Assembly: GCA_964534945.1 (NCBI GenBank)
Contig: CAZHSB010000001.1
Location: 25,527 to 89,526 of the forward strand
Length of the DNA stretch: 64,000 nucleotides
Direction: 5' to 3'
Origin: an uncultured Bdellovibrionales bacterium
GTDB taxonomy: Bacteria > Bdellovibrionota_C > UBA2361 > CAKMMH01
Made by a program: the position numbers and the translations under genes. The notes beneath the pieces were generated by a model. The model had not been told where the DNA came from, did no database searches, and saw only the letters and a list, made by a program, of their open reading frames with translations. Positions 60,651 through 64,000 of the stretch are shown here, in pieces. Within the stretch, counting starts at the first letter, position 1, and each line of letters starts with the position of its first letter.

Positions 60651-61076
60651 CTATTTAACGTCGAAATGAGCACGACGGTTTTTAGACCAAGCAGCTTCAT
60701 TATGGCCAGCATCTAAAGGAAGTTCTTCCCCATAAGGTGCAGTAGTCATACGAGAAGTAGCTATTCCTAAAGACTTCATATAATCTTGAACAGCATTTGC
60801 TCTCTTAGCACTAAGTGCCATATTATATTCTGCAGTTCCTCTTTCATCACAATGCCCTTCAATAGTAACTGAAGCAGAATCGTTTTCAGTTAACCATTCA
60901 GCATTTGATTTCAAAATTTCTTTTGCAGAAGAATCAATTGCATATGAATCAAAAGCAAAATGAACATCACTCAAAGGTCCACCCTCTGTTGCATCAGCAA
61001 TATTCGTCTTTCTACAAGAACAAGCAGAAAGGCCAACAAGCATTGCTAAAGCTAATAAAATTTTTAGACTTCGCAT
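60651..61076 (-). CDS. pal: Peptidoglycan-associated lipoprotein Pal (OmpA-like domain)
   Basis: Lipobox (LSAC) and OmpA-like domain (TIEGHCDERGTAEYNMALSAKRA). tolB-pal order. Confidence 0.85.
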   Translation of the reverse strand: MRSLKILLALAMLVGLSACSCRKTNIADATEGGPLSDVHFAFDSYAIDSSAKEILKSNAEWLTENDSASVTIEGHCDERGTAEYNMALSAKRANAVQDYMKSLGIATSRMTTAPYGEELPLDAGHNEAAWSKNRRAHFDVK

Positions 61077-61306
61077 TACGCATCTCCTATCTTAAAAAAA
61101 CATAAACTCCTTTCTTGTTTTACAAACCTTTAGAATCACAAGATTCAAATCGTTTAAAAATTTCAAAAGTATTTATAAAATATATATATTTTATAAATTC
61201 GCCATAAAAATCTATGGTGAATTCAACTCATAAGAAAATAATATAAAATCCAAATAAATACAATAGATTTTTAATAAAAATTTTTACTTTTGATCATTAT
61301 TTAATT

Positions 61307-62593
61307 TTATTCGACAGGCCCCCAGCTAGGATCCATATAACCAGTAGTACTAAAAGTAAGTTGTCTCAAATTAGTGCCATCTGCTTTTATCATCGCAATA
61401 TTAAAAACTTTTGAAGAACCAAAAGTAGATGCGAAAACTAAATATCTTCCATCAGGAGACCACGATGGATCTTCATTGTTACCGTATGTCGTAAGTTGTT
61501 GCGTGTTAGAACCGTCAACATCACTTACAAAAATTTGGAATCTCCCCTCTGCCCTACAAATATAGGCTACTTTTTCTCCCGTAGGTGACCAAGCAGGCGA
61601 AGTGCAATAATTTGAACTTACGAAACTAATCCTCTTGATTCCACTTCCATTGCTTGCCATCTTATAAATTTGAGGACCGCCTCCTCTATTTGAACAAAAA
61701 ATAATCTCCCTTGCATCTGGAGACCATGAAGGAGAAACATTGATAATTCCCCCCTCCGAAAGAACATTTCTAATAATTCCACCATTTGTGTTCATCAAGA
61801 TTAAATCTGCTCCAGAACCTCTTGTTCTTGAAAATAAGATGCTATTTCCGTCAGGTGAAAATTGTCCCCCTATTTCAAGAGAGTTTCCCGAAGTAAGCCT
61901 TACTACTCGCCTAGTAGCAAGAGAATATTTAAATAAATCTGGAGCCCTATCTCTATAAGAAGTATAAACTAAATCTTGACCATTTGGTGACCAAGATGTA
62001 GATAAAACGAGCCCTCTATCCCTTGTTATCTGCCTAATTTCCGTTCCATTTGCATTCATTAAAAATAACTCTTTAAATCGCCCAACTTTTCCAGAAAAAG
62101 CAATCGTAGATCCAAAAAATCCCGAAGATCCCGTAAAATATTCTAATATAACATTTGAAAACCTATTTGCGACTGTTGATATTCCAGCTGGACCGCTTAT
62201 TTTATATTCTTTTGCTACGACAACCCCTTGTTTTGCGACATCGTGCAAATACATTTTTACTGTAATTTGCGAACCATCTTTAACAGCTTCTCCTTTTACA
62301 AGCCCTTCAGCACCGATTATACTCCAATCAGAATAGGCAAAAGAACCATTATCACACTTACCTTTTGACTCTATATACGTGTTAGGATCCAACACATTAA
62401 AGAATCCACTTACATCTAAATTACTAATTATTGTTTTCTCTGGATCTAATTTGTAGGATGTCTGGTTACAAATAGATGCAATAGCAATTGGAAAACGTTT
62501 TCCAGCCCCTTGAATCATAATATCAGTAGCAGCTGCATATAAACAATTTGAGATAAATAAAAACGAAGCAACAAAGTATAATATTTTTTTCAT
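61307..62593 (-). CDS. tolB: Tol-Pal system beta-propeller protein TolB
   Basis: Signal peptide, N-terminal TolB domain, and repeated SWSPDG-type beta-propeller blades. Confidence 0.9.
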   Translation of the reverse strand: MKKILYFVASFLFISNCLYAAATDIMIQGAGKRFPIAIASICNQTSYKLDPEKTIISNLDVSGFFNVLDPNTYIESKGKCDNGSFAYSDWSIIGAEGLVKGEAVKDGSQITVKMYLHDVAKQGVVVAKEYKISGPAGISTVANRFSNVILEYFTGSSGFFGSTIAFSGKVGRFKELFLMNANGTEIRQITRDRGLVLSTSWSPNGQDLVYTSYRDRAPDLFKYSLATRRVVRLTSGNSLEIGGQFSPDGNSILFSRTRGSGADLILMNTNGGIIRNVLSEGGIINVSPSWSPDAREIIFCSNRGGGPQIYKMASNGSGIKRISFVSSNYCTSPAWSPTGEKVAYICRAEGRFQIFVSDVDGSNTQQLTTYGNNEDPSWSPDGRYLVFASTFGSSKVFNIAMIKADGTNLRQLTFSTTGYMDPSWGPVE

Positions 62594-62705
62594 ATCAATA
62601 AAATCCTAATTAACACTTAAAAACTTTTTTATGATAAATTTTATTTAGCAATATGTCTACACTTCAACTTTAGAGGATATGTCTTATCTAAAAAATTAAA
62701 ATATG

Positions 62706-63452
62706 TTAAGAAACATCATTACCAAAGTTTTTCAAACAACTGTAATAGGCTTTCAAAAAAGCTCCGACAAAACAAATTTCAGCAAAACTTTTGCAAGATT
62801 CTTCTATTATGTCTAGTACTCTCAAAATGGTTGTTAACACTTCTCCACTAAAAAACAAATCCATAACTCCATTTCTGCCACCAAGGAAATCAAGAACAAC
62901 CATTAAAGTCGCAAAAATTGCCGCACCAATAAATATTTTTACTGATTCTTTAAATACCATTAATTCTGAAAAGTATTTTATTAAAAGAAACACCCCGAAA
63001 ACGCCATAAAAAAGTATCAAAAGATCATCAATATGATCAGCGGGACCATGCCTATCAAAGCCGAAGATGTCGCATATGCGATGATCAATAGATTCATGTA
63101 GTCTTAAAAGCTCATCAAACGCAAGAAAAATAAAAAATATGTAAAGGAAATACCACAATTTTGAATCTAACGATTCATCTTTCCTGAGTATAAAAATATT
63201 TTTCGAAATAAAACTTACTAAAAGTAATTGAAAAAAAGATACCCATGTGACAGGTCTCATTTCTTGAAACCCCCACCCTAAATGTAATCCCAATGGATAA
63301 CTAAGAGCCATACAAGCCAATATTACAAAAAGCACTATTTTAAAAAGTCTATGAATAGCTTTTGTTGGCTCTATATCTTTTAATTTTTCTTTGCCAAGAA
63401 AAATTAAAAACAACCTCTTCTCAAATTTATCAATATTTTTTGATGTTTCCAT
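62706..63452 (-). CDS. Hypothetical polytopic membrane protein inserted between the tolA-like gene and tolB
   Basis: 248 aa with about six hydrophobic helices. Not TolQ-like or TolR-like. Confidence 0.4.
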   Translation of the reverse strand: METSKNIDKFEKRLFLIFLGKEKLKDIEPTKAIHRLFKIVLFVILACMALSYPLGLHLGWGFQEMRPVTWVSFFQLLLVSFISKNIFILRKDESLDSKLWYFLYIFFIFLAFDELLRLHESIDHRICDIFGFDRHGPADHIDDLLILFYGVFGVFLLIKYFSELMVFKESVKIFIGAAIFATLMVVLDFLGGRNGVMDLFFSGEVLTTILRVLDIIEESCKSFAEICFVGAFLKAYYSCLKNFGNDVS

Positions 63453-63477
63453 TAATTACTCTTTTTTTAAAAATAAT

Positions 63478-64000
63478 TTATTCTCTTGGATCAAATACCA
63501 ACCTTATTTCTTTAAAAAATTCATACACATTATCTGGCGGAATCGGAACAGGAGAAGATTTTTGTATCGCTCTTAAAATTGAGTCATCAAACCTTTCAAG
63601 CCCAGAACTCGTCACTATTTTATAATTTGTGATCATGCCCTTTTTGTCAATAAACATTTCAACTTGCGCCTTATATGGCTGAGAAGTATCAAACCAATTC
63701 CAATTTGATTTTATATGTTTTACAAGAACATCTTTATATTTAAAAAATTCTGGTGGTCTTACGACTCCTCCTCCCATACCATTTCCACCGGTAATTTTAG
63801 CGGCACCAAAGCCAACTCCTCCAGCATCGGAAGACTCTCCAATATACCTTTGCAATGCTTTTTGAAGTTGAGTATCTAAATTTCCTCCACCTGTCCCTGT
63901 GCCCCCCTTAACTCCATTTGGTTTTGCATTCTTATTATTCACTGTATTTTTGTTTCCAGATTTTGCTGTACTTGTCGTGGCTTTATTTGCAGGTTTTATT
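63478..64000 (-). CDS. TolA/TonB-type energy-transducer C-terminal domain protein (probably TolA), 5' end outside the window
   Basis: The reading frame stays open to the window end, so the M in the ORF track is not the true start. C-terminal domain fold pattern plus a Gly-rich linker. Context upstream of tolB. Confidence 0.55.
   Translation of the reverse strand, partial: IKPANKATTSTAKSGNKNTVNNKNAKPNGVKGGTGTGGGNLDTQLQKALQRYIGESSDAGGVGFGAAKITGGNGMGGGVVRPPEFFKYKDVLVKHIKSNWNWFDTSQPYKAQVEMFIDKKGMITNYKIVTSSGLERFDDSILRAIQKSSPVPIPPDNVYEFFKEIRLVFDPRE

Overview
The window is AT-rich by eye and looks like chromosomal DNA from a diderm (Gram-negative) bacterium. Gene order is Proteobacteria-like. It is dominated by housekeeping and envelope genes.

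Main contents:
- lptF/lptG, an NtrY-like sensor kinase, ruvB and a SufS/CsdA-like cysteine desulfurase.
- A conserved queA-tgt-yajC-secD-secF block.
- A dcw fragment (murB-ftsQ-ftsA) in which ftsZ does not follow ftsA.
- tatA, nfo, miaB, an outer-membrane porin, fadD-like, a PIN-PhoH protein, prfC and glgB.
- A divergent menaquinone prenyl pair (UbiA/MenA-like prenyltransferase and polyprenyl synthase).
- A sulfate ABC transporter operon (sbp-ldcA-cysT-cysW-cysA) with two oddities: an LD-carboxypeptidase inserted in the operon, and a CysA ATPase fused to two USP domains.
- An LPS block (lpxK-waaA-DUF374-msbA), htrA, psd and rluD.
- A tol-pal block (cpoB, pal, tolB, then an unknown polytopic membrane protein, then a TolA/TonB-type C-terminal domain running off the window end).
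- Four tRNAs (His-GTG, Lys-CTT, Glu-TTC and initiator fMet-CAT).

No integrase, transposase, CRISPR array or obvious prophage was seen.

The most notable unexplained items are:
- A pair of unassigned, clearly paralogous ~100-aa proteins (8317..8607 and 43022..43330). Each is monocistronic, sits behind a long AT-rich non-coding leader, and ends in a strong hairpin.
- An orphan VirB2/TrbC-like pilin gene with no other type IV secretion genes nearby.
- The CysA-TOBE-2xUSP fusion.
- A fusion of HldE domain II with the GmhB phosphatase.
- Tandem small K/E-rich ORFs downstream of glgB.
- A secreted protein built of 21-aa tandem repeats.
- Several orphan hypothetical genes and lipoproteins.

All functional calls rest on motif and family recognition by eye; no database searches were run.
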